From: Oceanispirochaeta sp.
Lineage (GTDB): Bacteria > Spirochaetota > Spirochaetia > DSM-2461
Direction: 5' to 3'
Length of the DNA stretch: 64,000 nucleotides
Assembly: GCA_963663385.2 (NCBI GenBank)
Contig: CAXXXD010000001.1
Span: 224,001-288,000 of the forward strand
Shown: positions 18,887-28,406 of the stretch, piece after piece
Position numbering within the stretch: the stretch's first letter is position 1
Layout: each line of letters starts with the position of its first letter
Translations under genes and position numbers: made by a program
Notes under the pieces: generated by a model
Told to the model about the DNA's origin: nothing
The model's database searches: none
Seen by the model: only the letters and a program-made list of their open reading frames with translations

Positions 18887-20170
18887 ATGGAGAAGTTTTT
18901 CAAACTCAAGGAACACGGCACAGATGTAAAAACTGAAGTTATTGCCGGTATTACAACATTCCTGACAATGGCCTATATTCTGATCGTCAATCCACTGATT
19001 CTGAGCGAAACAGGAATGGATTTCGGCGCCGTATTTACAGCTACTGCTCTTGCCTCATTAATTGCCACCCTGGTTATGGCTCTTGTGGCCAACCTTCCTT
19101 TTGCTCTTGCGCCTGGTATGGGACTTAATGCATTTTTTGCCTATGCTGTTTGTCTTGGAATGGGTTATTCCTGGGAATTCGCTCTTACAGCCGTACTCCT
19201 GGAAGGTATTATTTTTATAATTCTTACCTTCCTCAATATCCGGGAAGCCATAATTGACTGTATTCCCCAGAATATCAAAAAAGCCATTTCTGTCGGTATC
19301 GGTCTCTTTATTGCCTTTATCGGTCTGCAGAATGCGCAGGTAATCGTTAATAATGATGCTACCCTGGTCGGACTGGGAAGTATTACAAACCCTGCCGCCT
19401 TTCTGGCCCTTATCGGACTGATAATCACAGGAATCCTCCTGGCATTCAGAGTGAAAGGCGCCCTGCTGATCGGAATTCTGGCCTCCACTGTTATCGGATT
19501 TCCCCTTGGCCTGACCAAGCCGCCATCCGGATCATGGGCACCCCCCTCCCTGTCTCCCATCCTTTTTAAATTTGATTTTTCACATATCCTGAGCATCGAT
19601 ATGATAATTGTTCTGTTTACATTTCTGATGGTTGATATGTTTGATACGGTTGGAACCCTCATTGGAGTATCTACAAAAGCCGGTCTTCTCGACAAGGACG
19701 GAAAACTTCCCAAGGTAAAACAGGCCCTTCTTGCCGATGCAATCGGAACAACTGTAGGCGCCTGTCTGGGTACCAGTACCGTAACAACTTATGTTGAAAG
19801 CGCATCCGGTGTGGAAGAAGGTGGTAAAACCGGTTTAACAGCCCTGACAACCGCAGGTATGTTCTTCCTGGCGCTGTTCCTCTCTCCCCTCTTTATCATG
19901 ATCCCGGGCGCGGCAACGGCTCCGGCGCTTATCCTGGTAGGTCTTTTTATGATGAGCCCCATCAAGGATATAAATCTTGATGATATCACCGAAGCCCTTC
20001 CCGCTTTCCTGACAATTATCATGATGCCCCTGGCATACAGTATCTCGGAAGGTATCGTATTTGGTATCCTTTCCTATATCTTCATGAAGCTTTGTACCGG
20101 TAAAGCAAAAGACGTTCCTGTTCTGACTTATATTATCGGAGCAGTCTTTGTATTGAAGTTCCTTGTCTGA
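18887..20170 (+). CDS. NCS2/AzgA-family purine permease
   Basis: TE..AG.TTFLTMAYI..VNP, APGMGLNAFF, FDTVGTL, YVESASG...GG.TGL. Confidence 0.93.
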   Translation: MEKFFKLKEHGTDVKTEVIAGITTFLTMAYILIVNPLILSETGMDFGAVFTATALASLIATLVMALVANLPFALAPGMGLNAFFAYAVCLGMGYSWEFALTAVLLEGIIFIILTFLNIREAIIDCIPQNIKKAISVGIGLFIAFIGLQNAQVIVNNDATLVGLGSITNPAAFLALIGLIITGILLAFRVKGALLIGILASTVIGFPLGLTKPPSGSWAPPSLSPILFKFDFSHILSIDMIIVLFTFLMVDMFDTVGTLIGVSTKAGLLDKDGKLPKVKQALLADAIGTTVGACLGTSTVTTYVESASGVEEGGKTGLTALTTAGMFFLALFLSPLFIMIPGAATAPALILVGLFMMSPIKDINLDDITEALPAFLTIIMMPLAYSISEGIVFGILSYIFMKLCTGKAKDVPVLTYIIGAVFVLKFLV

Positions 20171-20222
20171 TATAATCTATTAAAATACAGGGATTGGGGT
20201 AAGTTCCGATCCTTTATCCGAA

Positions 20223-20315
20223 CCCTCACCCGGCCCTCTCCCTTTGGGAGAGGGTTATGTCATCAGTAAATATTTCCCCGTCGCCCTCTGGGAGAAGGGT
20301 TAGGGAAGAGGGTCT
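20223..20315. repeat. BoxC-like inverted repeat pair
   Basis: CCCTCACCCGGCCCTCTCCCTTTGGGAGAGGG ... CCCTCTGGGAGAAGGGTTAGGGAAGAGGG. Confidence 0.7.
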
Positions 20316-20355
20316 TGAATAGGAGATTATCCTCTTTCTTAACTGGAGTAATACA

Positions 20356-21060
20356 ATGCCCCTGCCATACGATGCCCTGCTGTTTGATGCCGACGGGACC
20401 CTGCTGGACTTTAAAAAATCCGAAGAGAACGCTCTGGAGAATACCAGAAACCATATGAAATGCGATATCTCTCCCGACAGGTTCCGTAGAATCTATCACA
20501 GCGTCAATGACCGGATCTGGCTCGAACTGGAGCAGGGGAAAATAAAGGGAGAGGAACTGAAAACAGAAAGGTTCAGACGTTTTCTCTCTGAACTGAATTC
20601 TCCCCTTGATCCCGAGGAAACAGCCCTGTACTACCTGAAGAATCTGGGGGAGGAATCCCATTTCCTGGAGGGAGCAGATACCCTTCTTGCGGCTCTGGCG
20701 CCCCACTATTCCATGGGAATCATTACAAACGGGCTAACCATGGTTCAGGAAGCACGCTTTAACCGCAGAGAGTTTACTGTATTTAAAAGTATTGTTATTT
20801 CGGAGAAAGCCGGAGCAGCCAAACCCGATCCCCGGATATTCCGGATAGCGGCGGATGATCTGGGAATAGAGCTGAGTAAAAAGGTTCTGATTATTGGCGA
20901 CAGTCTGACATCGGATATTTCCGGGGGGATAAATGCAGGGATCAGCACCTGCTGGTACAACCCGGGCGGGTGGGAGAATCAGTCCCCCTGGAAGGCGGAT
21001 CTGGAAGTGCGGGATTTCAGAGAACTGACAGCCCTGCTCCTTGCCGATTCAGGATTTTAA
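20356..21060 (+). CDS. YjjG-family HAD nucleotidase
   Basis: FDADGTLLDF, ITNG...Q..R, KPDP.IF, IGDSLTSDI.GG. Confidence 0.88.
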   Translation: MPLPYDALLFDADGTLLDFKKSEENALENTRNHMKCDISPDRFRRIYHSVNDRIWLELEQGKIKGEELKTERFRRFLSELNSPLDPEETALYYLKNLGEESHFLEGADTLLAALAPHYSMGIITNGLTMVQEARFNRREFTVFKSIVISEKAGAAKPDPRIFRIAADDLGIELSKKVLIIGDSLTSDISGGINAGISTCWYNPGGWENQSPWKADLEVRDFRELTALLLADSGF

Positions 21061-21642
21061 ACTGTCCAGGTAGGAACAGGTAACTTTCACGGCAGCCTCC
21101 GGATCGAATGTTTCAATCAAGGCAATCTGAAAGGCAAAAGCCTGAAGCATGTTGAAGAGCTGGGAAGCAATCTCCTTCGGCTCCATTTCATGAAATTCTC
21201 CCGACATCACCCCTTTTCTCAGGATACGGGAAAGCAGGAAGGTAAGCCCCACTGTTCTTTTCTGAATTTCCCTGGAATAGTCCAGACCCTGCCGTTTCAT
21301 CTGAAAAAGGAAATCAGCCAGGCAGTAGTAGAAATTCTTCTTTCTGTATGAGATTTGGATTATATCGGTGCAGATCTGCTTCAGCTTATCCAGCTGAGAA
21401 AGGGATTCATCATCAAACAGATCCTTGTAGTCGCTGAACATACTGTGAGTCATCTCTTTTACAGCATAATAAAAAATCTCCTCTTTATCCTTGAAATACA
21501 GATAAAGGGTCGGTCTGGATATGCCACATCTGTCGGCGATATAGGAGAGATTCGTATCCTGATATCCCTTTTGTGCAAAAATAACAAAGGCTCTCTTGAG
21601 AATCTCCTGCTTTCTTTTTTCGTGATCAATAATTTTGGGCAT
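21049..21642 (-). CDS. TetR/AcrR transcriptional regulator
   Basis: MPKIIDHE.RK.EIL..A...F...GY; ISRPTLYLYF.DKE HTH. Confidence 0.92.
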   Translation of the reverse strand: MPKIIDHEKRKQEILKRAFVIFAQKGYQDTNLSYIADRCGISRPTLYLYFKDKEEIFYYAVKEMTHSMFSDYKDLFDDESLSQLDKLKQICTDIIQISYRKKNFYYCLADFLFQMKRQGLDYSREIQKRTVGLTFLLSRILRKGVMSGEFHEMEPKEIASQLFNMLQAFAFQIALIETFDPEAAVKVTCSYLDSLKS

Positions 21643-21691
21643 AGTGACTCCATTATACTCGAGTAACCTTTGATTACCAGCATGAATTCAA

Positions 21692-21724
21692 TAAAAAAAG
21701 GCTGTCCTGAACAGGAGCAGCCTT
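21692..21724 (-). terminator. Terminator after fabV
   Basis: AAAAAAAGGCTG-TCCTG..CAGGA-CAGCCTT hairpin with a T-run on the minus strand. Confidence 0.65.
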
Positions 21725-21797
21725 AATGCGATTCTCAAAGGCACTGCCAAACAACGTAAGGCAGATACTTGTGTCAATTAACAACTGCTAAACAGGA

Positions 21798-22988
21798 TTA
21801 CTCCTGATTTAAATTTGCTGAAAGATCCACCTCCTTATCATAATCTATTCCATCTATTGCGAAACCGTGCAGTTTTAAATAATCCACACGGAAGCCCTCA
21901 ATATCCGAAAGTTCGGATACATTTTCAGAATTAACCTTATCCCAGAGATCGGAAACAGCGCGTTGAACATCCTCCCGCATCTCCCAGTCATCCACACGGA
22001 TCCGGCCTTTTTCATCTACAGGAACATCTCCGTCTCTGTAAAGACGGTCGGAAAACAGGCGGTACATCTGTTCGATGCAACCTTCGTGGATTCCCTTCTC
22101 TTTCATAATTTTAAACAGCAGTGCTATATACAGGGGAACAACAGGTATTACAGCGCTGGATCTGGTTACCAGAGCCTTATTAACAGAAACAAAAGCCCGA
22201 CCATTCAGATCTTTCAATATACTGTTCAGGGAATCAGCGCTATTTTCCAGGTGCTCTTTGGCTTTCCCGATTGTACCTTCCCGATAAACCGGGTAAGTAA
22301 CCTGAGGCCCGATATAGGAGTAGGCAACGGTTTTGCAGCTCTCCTCCAGAACGTCCGCCTCTTTGAGCTGACTTATCCAGCGAATCCAGTCCTCACCGCC
22401 CATAACCTTGACAGTCGGTTCGATTTCACTCTTATCAGCCTGCTCGATCGTCACCTCACTGACCGTCTTTTCCATGTAATCAGCGGAGAGTGCTGTAAAA
22501 GGTTCATTCAGTGGCTTTAATACGGATTTGTACAGAATCCCCGTATCGGGATCCTTTCTGACAGGGGAAGCCAGACTGTATACGACAAGATCAACCTTCC
22601 CCCAGTTATCCCGGATCCATTCGATGACCTGCTGCTTGATCTCATCAGCGAAGGCATCTCCGTCAATTGTATGGGATTTAATTCCATCCCTGGCTGAGCA
22701 GCGGTCAAAAGCCCTGTTATTATACCAGCCGGGGGTTCCCGTTCTTTTGGCAGACTGGGGCTTTTCAAATGAAACACCAAGGGTTTCCGCACCGCCGGCA
22801 AAAGCAGCGGAGATACGTGAGGCCAGACCGAATCCAGTTGAACATCCCACCACCAGGACCCTTTTGGGCATAGTGATTCTACCCTGAGATTTAACCCAGT
22901 CTATCTGGTGTTCAACCTCTTTTTCACACCCCTCGGGATGGGTGGTTAAACAGATGTTATTAATTATTTTCGGCGTAATTACCATCAT
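21798..22988 (-). CDS. fabV: Enoyl-ACP/trans-2-enoyl-CoA reductase FabV (TER)
   Basis: HPEGC, G.STGFGLASRI, YSLASP.R, VMGGEDW, Y..GTIG.AK, HEGCIEQ; TAATG coupling to fabZ. Confidence 0.95.
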   Translation of the reverse strand: MMVITPKIINNICLTTHPEGCEKEVEHQIDWVKSQGRITMPKRVLVVGCSTGFGLASRISAAFAGGAETLGVSFEKPQSAKRTGTPGWYNNRAFDRCSARDGIKSHTIDGDAFADEIKQQVIEWIRDNWGKVDLVVYSLASPVRKDPDTGILYKSVLKPLNEPFTALSADYMEKTVSEVTIEQADKSEIEPTVKVMGGEDWIRWISQLKEADVLEESCKTVAYSYIGPQVTYPVYREGTIGKAKEHLENSADSLNSILKDLNGRAFVSVNKALVTRSSAVIPVVPLYIALLFKIMKEKGIHEGCIEQMYRLFSDRLYRDGDVPVDEKGRIRVDDWEMREDVQRAVSDLWDKVNSENVSELSDIEGFRVDYLKLHGFAIDGIDYDKEVDLSANLNQE

Positions 22989-23410
22989 TAAGCCTCTTTT
23001 TTCATGATGCACATCCAGGAAGCTTCGGCAGCCATCTCGTCACCGACATAAGCCGTTCCTTTCTGCTTGATCATCATACCGCTGATCCGTTCATTAACGA
23101 TTTCGAACCGGACCTCATCACCGGGAACCACCTGACGACGGAATTTGGCTTTCTCAATGGAAGCGAGAAAAAACAGGCCTTCGCTGTCGTTCTTGAATTT
23201 CTTCAATCCGGCTCCACCGCACTGAGCCATGGATTCCACCAGGATGACACCGGGAACAACAGGATAACCGGGGAAATGCCCCTTAAAGAAAAAATCATCA
23301 TCCGTATACTTACGGTATCCTACACAACCTTCTTCTCCAACCTTTTCCAGACGGTCTACAAAAAGAAAGGGTTCTCTATGGGGTAAAAGTGATTTAATTT
23401 CATCTAACAT
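22988..23410 (-). CDS. fabZ: 3-hydroxyacyl-ACP dehydratase
   Basis: LPHREPFLFVD, FF.GHFP..PV.PGV...E.MAQ. Confidence 0.95.
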   Translation of the reverse strand: MLDEIKSLLPHREPFLFVDRLEKVGEEGCVGYRKYTDDDFFFKGHFPGYPVVPGVILVESMAQCGGAGLKKFKNDSEGLFFLASIEKAKFRRQVVPGDEVRFEIVNERISGMMIKQKGTAYVGDEMAAEASWMCIMKKEA

Positions 23411-23412
23411 AA

Positions 23413-24654
23413 TCAGTCCTCGTATTTTTTAAAGATTATGGAGGCATTGTGACCTCCGAATCCGAGAGAGTCGCTCAGAACGGCCCGAACGTCCATCTCA
23501 CAGCTGCTGTTGGGCAGATAATCCAGATCACATCCCTCTTCGGGATTCTCCAGGTTCAGAGTACCGGGGATATAACCGTTATTGATTGCCAGAACAGCTA
23601 CTATAGCTTCCACCGCACCGGCGCCTCCGACCATATGGGCTGTAACACCCTTTGTAGAGGAAACCTTAAGCTTGTAGGCGTGGTCCCCGAAGGCTCTCTT
23701 GATGGCCTTTGTCTCAATCGGATCATTGGTGGGTGTGGATGTCCCGTGAGCATTGATATAGTCAATATCTTCCGGTTTCAGACCTGCATCGGCCAGGGCC
23801 GCGGTCATGGAGGCGGCTCCGCCGATTCCATCGGGATCCGGAGCTGTCAGGTGACCGGCATCACAGGTCGAACCGTATCCGGCCAGTTCCGCATAAATAG
23901 TAGCGCCCCGCTTTTTGGCATGTTCCAGTTCTTCAAGAACCAGAATTCCTGCGCCTTCTCCCATAATGAATCCATCCCTTTCCCTGTCGAAAGGACGGCA
24001 GGCTTTTTCGGGATTATCGTTGCTTTTTGTGGAAAGAGCCTGGATCTTGCAGAATCCTCCGATGGAGAAGGGTGTGATAGCGGCTTCCATACCGCCGGAA
24101 AATACAACATCACAGCGACCGCTGCGGATAAGATCCAATGACTGACCGATAGCATCGGTGGCACTGGCACAGGCCGTAGCAATTGTTGTTGAAGGTCCGT
24201 GAAGGCCCAGCTTTATGGAAACATTGGCCGATCCCTCATTGGTGATCATCTTGGGGATAGTCATAGGTGCAATGGCTGTGGGTCCCTTGTCGAAGAGCCT
24301 TTTCATATTCTCCTCTACAACCTCGAATCCGCCGATACCGTTCCCCAGACAAACACCGGTTTTATAAGGATCAAAAGTCCCCTCTTCCAGTCCCGCATTT
24401 TTTGAGGCCTGAACCGCCGCAGCTACCGCAAACAGGGTAAAGCGGGCCATCTTTCTGGCTTCCTTTTTATCGATATACTGGGTGGAATCAAAGTCCGTAA
24501 CCTCTCCGGCTACCTTGGAAGCAAATCCCTCGGTATCAAACAAGGTAATGGGTCCGATTCCGGTTCTTCCCTCTTTCAGGGAAGTCCAGAATTCGTCCAC
24601 GCTGTGCCCCGCTGGATTCACGGTTCCCATACCCGTAACAACTACTCTTCTCAT
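23413..24654 (-). CDS. fabF: Beta-ketoacyl-ACP synthase II
   Basis: RRVVVTGMG, TACAS Cys, YINAHGTST, HMVG.AG, SLGFGGHN. Confidence 0.95.
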   Translation of the reverse strand: MRRVVVTGMGTVNPAGHSVDEFWTSLKEGRTGIGPITLFDTEGFASKVAGEVTDFDSTQYIDKKEARKMARFTLFAVAAAVQASKNAGLEEGTFDPYKTGVCLGNGIGGFEVVEENMKRLFDKGPTAIAPMTIPKMITNEGSANVSIKLGLHGPSTTIATACASATDAIGQSLDLIRSGRCDVVFSGGMEAAITPFSIGGFCKIQALSTKSNDNPEKACRPFDRERDGFIMGEGAGILVLEELEHAKKRGATIYAELAGYGSTCDAGHLTAPDPDGIGGAASMTAALADAGLKPEDIDYINAHGTSTPTNDPIETKAIKRAFGDHAYKLKVSSTKGVTAHMVGGAGAVEAIVAVLAINNGYIPGTLNLENPEEGCDLDYLPNSSCEMDVRAVLSDSLGFGGHNASIIFKKYED

Positions 24655-24790
24655 ATCAGTAAACTCTCCTTGACAGAGTCTTATTCTAATTCATCATACA
24701 GCCGCCATTCAAATAACGGCTTTTGTCCCCCCTTATATCCAACGGATAGAAGGAGGTTTCTTTGCAATTACGGTCCGGAGACCGTGAATA

Positions 24791-25534
24791 TTACATTACC
24801 ATACCACCGCAGACGTTAAGCACCTGCCCGGTAATATATGCAGCCTTGTCGGAAGCCAGGAAGAGAACCGCTTCGGCTATATCCCTTACGCTTCCCATGC
24901 GTCCCAGGGGGATTGCCTTCCTGTACTCCTCCAGAACCTTTTCAGGGAGTTTGGCAGTCATATCGGTTTCAATAAAACCGGGAGCAATAGCGTTTACACG
25001 AACACCCCTTCCGCCTACCTCCTTGGCCAGGCTCTTTGTCAGCCCAATCAGGCCGGCCTTGGAAGCAGAGTAGTTACACTGCCCCGCATTACCCATAACG
25101 CCAACAACACTGGCCATATTGATGATGGCGCCCTTTCTTTTACGGATCATCTGGGAAGAGACGATCTTGGAAAGGATGAAAGCACTTGTCAGATTAACAG
25201 TCATTACCGACTCCCACTGTTCCATGGTCATCCGGAAAATCAGTCCGTCCCTGGTAATACCGGCATTATTAACCAGTACATCCAGACCTTCTTTAGCAAG
25301 AGGCTCAACGAGAGCTGTCATCTCCTCCTCGCTGGTTACATTACCCTGAAGGAAACTAACGCTTCCTCCCTTTTCGGCAGCCAGGGCTTCCATTTCTTCC
25401 ATGAAGGGGCTGGGGTTGAGGTCGATGGAATGGACATCCGCGCCCTGCTCCAAAAATGTTTCTACTATTTCTTTACCAATTCCCCGGGCTCCGCCGGTTA
25501 CCAATACTTTCTTGCCTTTCATCATAATATTCAT
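24791..25534 (-). CDS. fabG: 3-oxoacyl-ACP reductase
   Basis: TGGARGIG, NNAGITRD, YSASKAG, APGFIETDMT. Confidence 0.95.
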   Translation of the reverse strand: MNIMMKGKKVLVTGGARGIGKEIVETFLEQGADVHSIDLNPSPFMEEMEALAAEKGGSVSFLQGNVTSEEEMTALVEPLAKEGLDVLVNNAGITRDGLIFRMTMEQWESVMTVNLTSAFILSKIVSSQMIRKRKGAIINMASVVGVMGNAGQCNYSASKAGLIGLTKSLAKEVGGRGVRVNAIAPGFIETDMTAKLPEKVLEEYRKAIPLGRMGSVRDIAEAVLFLASDKAAYITGQVLNVCGGMVM

Positions 25535-25559
25535 CCTCCTGCAGGCTCATCCAGCCCGA

Positions 25560-26504
25560 TTATTTACCTAAAAAATTATTGATTCCGTCCAGAGTACCGC
25601 AGGCAAATACATTCTGCTCCATCCCGGACTTCTTCCACAGACCGGTCAGTACGTTTCCCGGACCGGCTTCCACAACAGTGTCGATACCGGCTGTTCCGAT
25701 ATTCTTTTCAATAACCAGCCACTGGACCGGGCTGACCATCTGTTCGATACAAAGCTCTTTTACTTCTGCTCCTGTGTTTACAATGGAACCGGTAACATTG
25801 GAATAAAAATCTTTCTCCGGATCATTGAAAGTAATCCCTGAAAGGGCTTCTGAGAGCTCTCCCTTACCGCTGGCCAGCAGGGGAGTATGAAAAGGTCCTG
25901 AAACCTTCAGGGGGATAACCCTTTTAGCTCCTGCGTCTTTCAGAGCATCCTGAACAGAAGCAACTCCTTCTTTGGTACCGGAAATAACAACCTGAACAGG
26001 ACTGTTGTTATTGGCAGCAAAGACATCGTCCCGTCCGGCTGCAGCTATAACTTCACTTACCTGTTCAAAATTCAGACCCATTACAGCACCCATTCCGGCT
26101 TCACCCATGGTTTTCACAACCCGGTTCCCCGCACGCGCCATAATGTCACCTCTTTTAACAACAAGGCCGAAGGCATCTTCTGCGCTCAAAATTCCCGTAT
26201 CCACCATGGCGGAATATTCACCGAGGCTTACACCGGCGGCACAGGAAGACAGGATCCCTTCATCCTGCAGACAGGCCCGCACAGAAAGGCTGACCAGGGT
26301 TATGGCAATCTGGGTGTTTTCAGTCGCTTTCAGATCATCTTCCGATCCTTCGAAGAGCAGCTTCGCCATATCCTTTCCGGCTGAATCAGAAGCCATTTTA
26401 AACAGCTCTTTCACACTGCCGGAACGCTCCCACAGATCCTTTCCCATTCCCGGATACTGCGCTCCCTGTCCGGGGAAAAGCATTGCAATTTTTTTATCTA
26501 CCAT
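25560..26504 (-). CDS. fabD: Malonyl-CoA:ACP transacylase
   Basis: FPGQGAQ, GVSLGEY (GHSLG variant), VSGPFHT, E.GPG.VL. Confidence 0.93.
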   Translation of the reverse strand: MVDKKIAMLFPGQGAQYPGMGKDLWERSGSVKELFKMASDSAGKDMAKLLFEGSEDDLKATENTQIAITLVSLSVRACLQDEGILSSCAAGVSLGEYSAMVDTGILSAEDAFGLVVKRGDIMARAGNRVVKTMGEAGMGAVMGLNFEQVSEVIAAAGRDDVFAANNNSPVQVVISGTKEGVASVQDALKDAGAKRVIPLKVSGPFHTPLLASGKGELSEALSGITFNDPEKDFYSNVTGSIVNTGAEVKELCIEQMVSPVQWLVIEKNIGTAGIDTVVEAGPGNVLTGLWKKSGMEQNVFACGTLDGINNFLGK

Positions 26505-27505
26505 ATTATATAGTTTCCTCCATAGGTTAATCCGGCGCCGAAACCGACGGTTATAACTTTATCTCCCTTTTTCAGGAGTCCCTGGTTATCCATATCTTTC
26601 ATGGCCAGAGGGATTGTCGCAGCTGAGGTATTACCGTACTGCTGAAGGTTTATAAAGAATTTTTCAATAGGAATGCCGCTCCGTCTGGAAGCAGCCTGAA
26701 TGATTCTGATATTAGCCTGATGGGGGATAATATGATCCAGTTCGTCTTTGGAAATCCCCGCTTTGTCAAGGAGGAGATTAATCGTTTCCACAAGAACCCT
26801 TACGGCAAACTCATAGACCTTTCTGCCGTCCATGGAGATAAACATAGCCGCAGGATTTTCCGTATTTCTCAGCCACTCGGCTGTTACAGGATCTGCGGAT
26901 CCCCCTTTTTCTACCATCAGAGCTTTTTCACCGGATCCAAGAGCTCTAAGGTGACTGAACTGAACACCCCGCTCCTGCTCTGTAGCAGAAAGGACTGCCG
27001 CACCGGCACCGTCGCCAAAGAGCACACAGGTATTTCTGTCACGCCAGTTTACAACGGAAGAGAGAACTTCCGCTCCTACCACCAGAACATGTTCCGTACT
27101 GCCGCTTGCTATAAGGGAACGACCCATTTCAAGGGCATAGGTAAAACCGCTGCAGGCAGCTGACAAATCGTAGGCTCCCGCCTGCTCCAGCCCAAGCGCA
27201 TCCTGGATCAGAGCAGCCGTTGAGGGAAAAGCCTTATAATCAGGGGTTGAAGTGGCCACTATAACCATTCCGATTTTCTGCGGATCAACCCCGGCCTGCC
27301 TGACAGCTTCCCTTGAAGCCTCAATTCCCAGGGATGAACAGGTTTCTCCCTTTCCTGCCAGATAACGGTATTCAATACCTGTGTGGGAACGGATCCATTC
27401 GTCCGAGGTATCAACCCAGCGGGATAAATCATCATTGCTGACATGTTTTGCGGGAAGAGCCCGGCCTACGCCGCTGATCATTCCATTTTTACCTGAGTAT
27501 ATCAT
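26498..27505 (-). CDS. fabH: Beta-ketoacyl-ACP synthase III
   Basis: DTSDEWI...TGI, AACSGF, LFGDGAGA, PHQAN.RII, GNTSAA. Confidence 0.95.
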   Translation of the reverse strand: MIYSGKNGMISGVGRALPAKHVSNDDLSRWVDTSDEWIRSHTGIEYRYLAGKGETCSSLGIEASREAVRQAGVDPQKIGMVIVATSTPDYKAFPSTAALIQDALGLEQAGAYDLSAACSGFTYALEMGRSLIASGSTEHVLVVGAEVLSSVVNWRDRNTCVLFGDGAGAAVLSATEQERGVQFSHLRALGSGEKALMVEKGGSADPVTAEWLRNTENPAAMFISMDGRKVYEFAVRVLVETINLLLDKAGISKDELDHIIPHQANIRIIQAASRRSGIPIEKFFINLQQYGNTSAATIPLAMKDMDNQGLLKKGDKVITVGFGAGLTYGGNYIIW

Positions 27506-27511
27506 AGGGTT

Positions 27512-27540
27512 ATTATTTACACTTTTTGCAATTGTGTCAA
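27512..27540 (-). promoter_or_regulatory. Sigma70-like promoter of the fab operon
   Basis: TTGACA-N17-AATAAT, 6 nt before the fabH ATG. Confidence 0.55.
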
Positions 27541-27542
27541 TA

Positions 27543-28169
27543 TTAACACCCGGTCAGTTCCCTCTCCCTGTTCTTCTGCAGTTTCAGCTCGATTTCTTTC
27601 AGCAGATTTGATGTCTTATATATAACAATAGTATGAAATCCTTCAGCTTCTGCCGAATCTGTATTTTTCACCGTATCGTCCAGAAAGAGAGCTCTTTCTG
27701 GAGAGAAGCCCATATTCTTACATAACAGGCGATAGATGGCAGGGTCCGGCTTCACAAGCCGGCAGTGAGCGGAACAGACGCCTCCCTTGAAAAGACGGAA
27801 CCAGGAGTAGTGATCCAGAGCATATTGAAAAGCTCCGGCATGATAGTTGGTCAGATAGAAAAGAGAGAGATCCCGTTCGGCCAGTTTCTGCAGAACCTCA
27901 ACATTTTCAGGAATCGGTGTAAGCATTCCGAAATACCCTGCCAGACAATCCTTTATAAGTGATGCTTTATCCGGGAAGTCACGGCATAGGCGCTCTTCCA
28001 CCTCATCCAGTGTTTTCGTCCCCAGATCCAGGGCCTCCCAAAGAGGGGAGAGGCAGAACTCCTTATACAGAAACAGCCCGTCTTTTTCCCCATATGTATC
28101 ATGCAACCACCTTTCAGGTTCAAAATTAATCAGTACATTTCCCAGGTCAAATACAATATTTTCAATCAT
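27543..28169 (-). CDS. HAD-family phosphatase (YihX-like)
   Basis: FDLGNVL, LTN, KPDP.IY, FLDD...N. Confidence 0.88.
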   Translation of the reverse strand: MIENIVFDLGNVLINFEPERWLHDTYGEKDGLFLYKEFCLSPLWEALDLGTKTLDEVEERLCRDFPDKASLIKDCLAGYFGMLTPIPENVEVLQKLAERDLSLFYLTNYHAGAFQYALDHYSWFRLFKGGVCSAHCRLVKPDPAIYRLLCKNMGFSPERALFLDDTVKNTDSAEAEGFHTIVIYKTSNLLKEIELKLQKNRERELTGC

Positions 28170-28406
28170 CTGTTTTACCCCTATAATTATATATGTCAGA
28201 ACAGGCAAGGATGCTGCAAAACGGCAGACAGGTAAACAATTTTACATCAATCAACAAGAACAGCGAACCCGTATTGCTGAATGATTTTAAAAATAAAAAA
28301 GGTTACACGTCTGTTTCGGAAAGACCTATCCGGAGAAGAGAGACGTCCCTTGCTCAATCGAGGGGCATACTGTATTTTATTTATTAAACTGAGAACAGGA
28401 TGAAAA

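Noticed and set aside
24655..24790. Hidden acpP between fabG and fabF
   Set aside because: Only 136 nt, too short for a ~77-aa ACP, and no DSLD motif noticed
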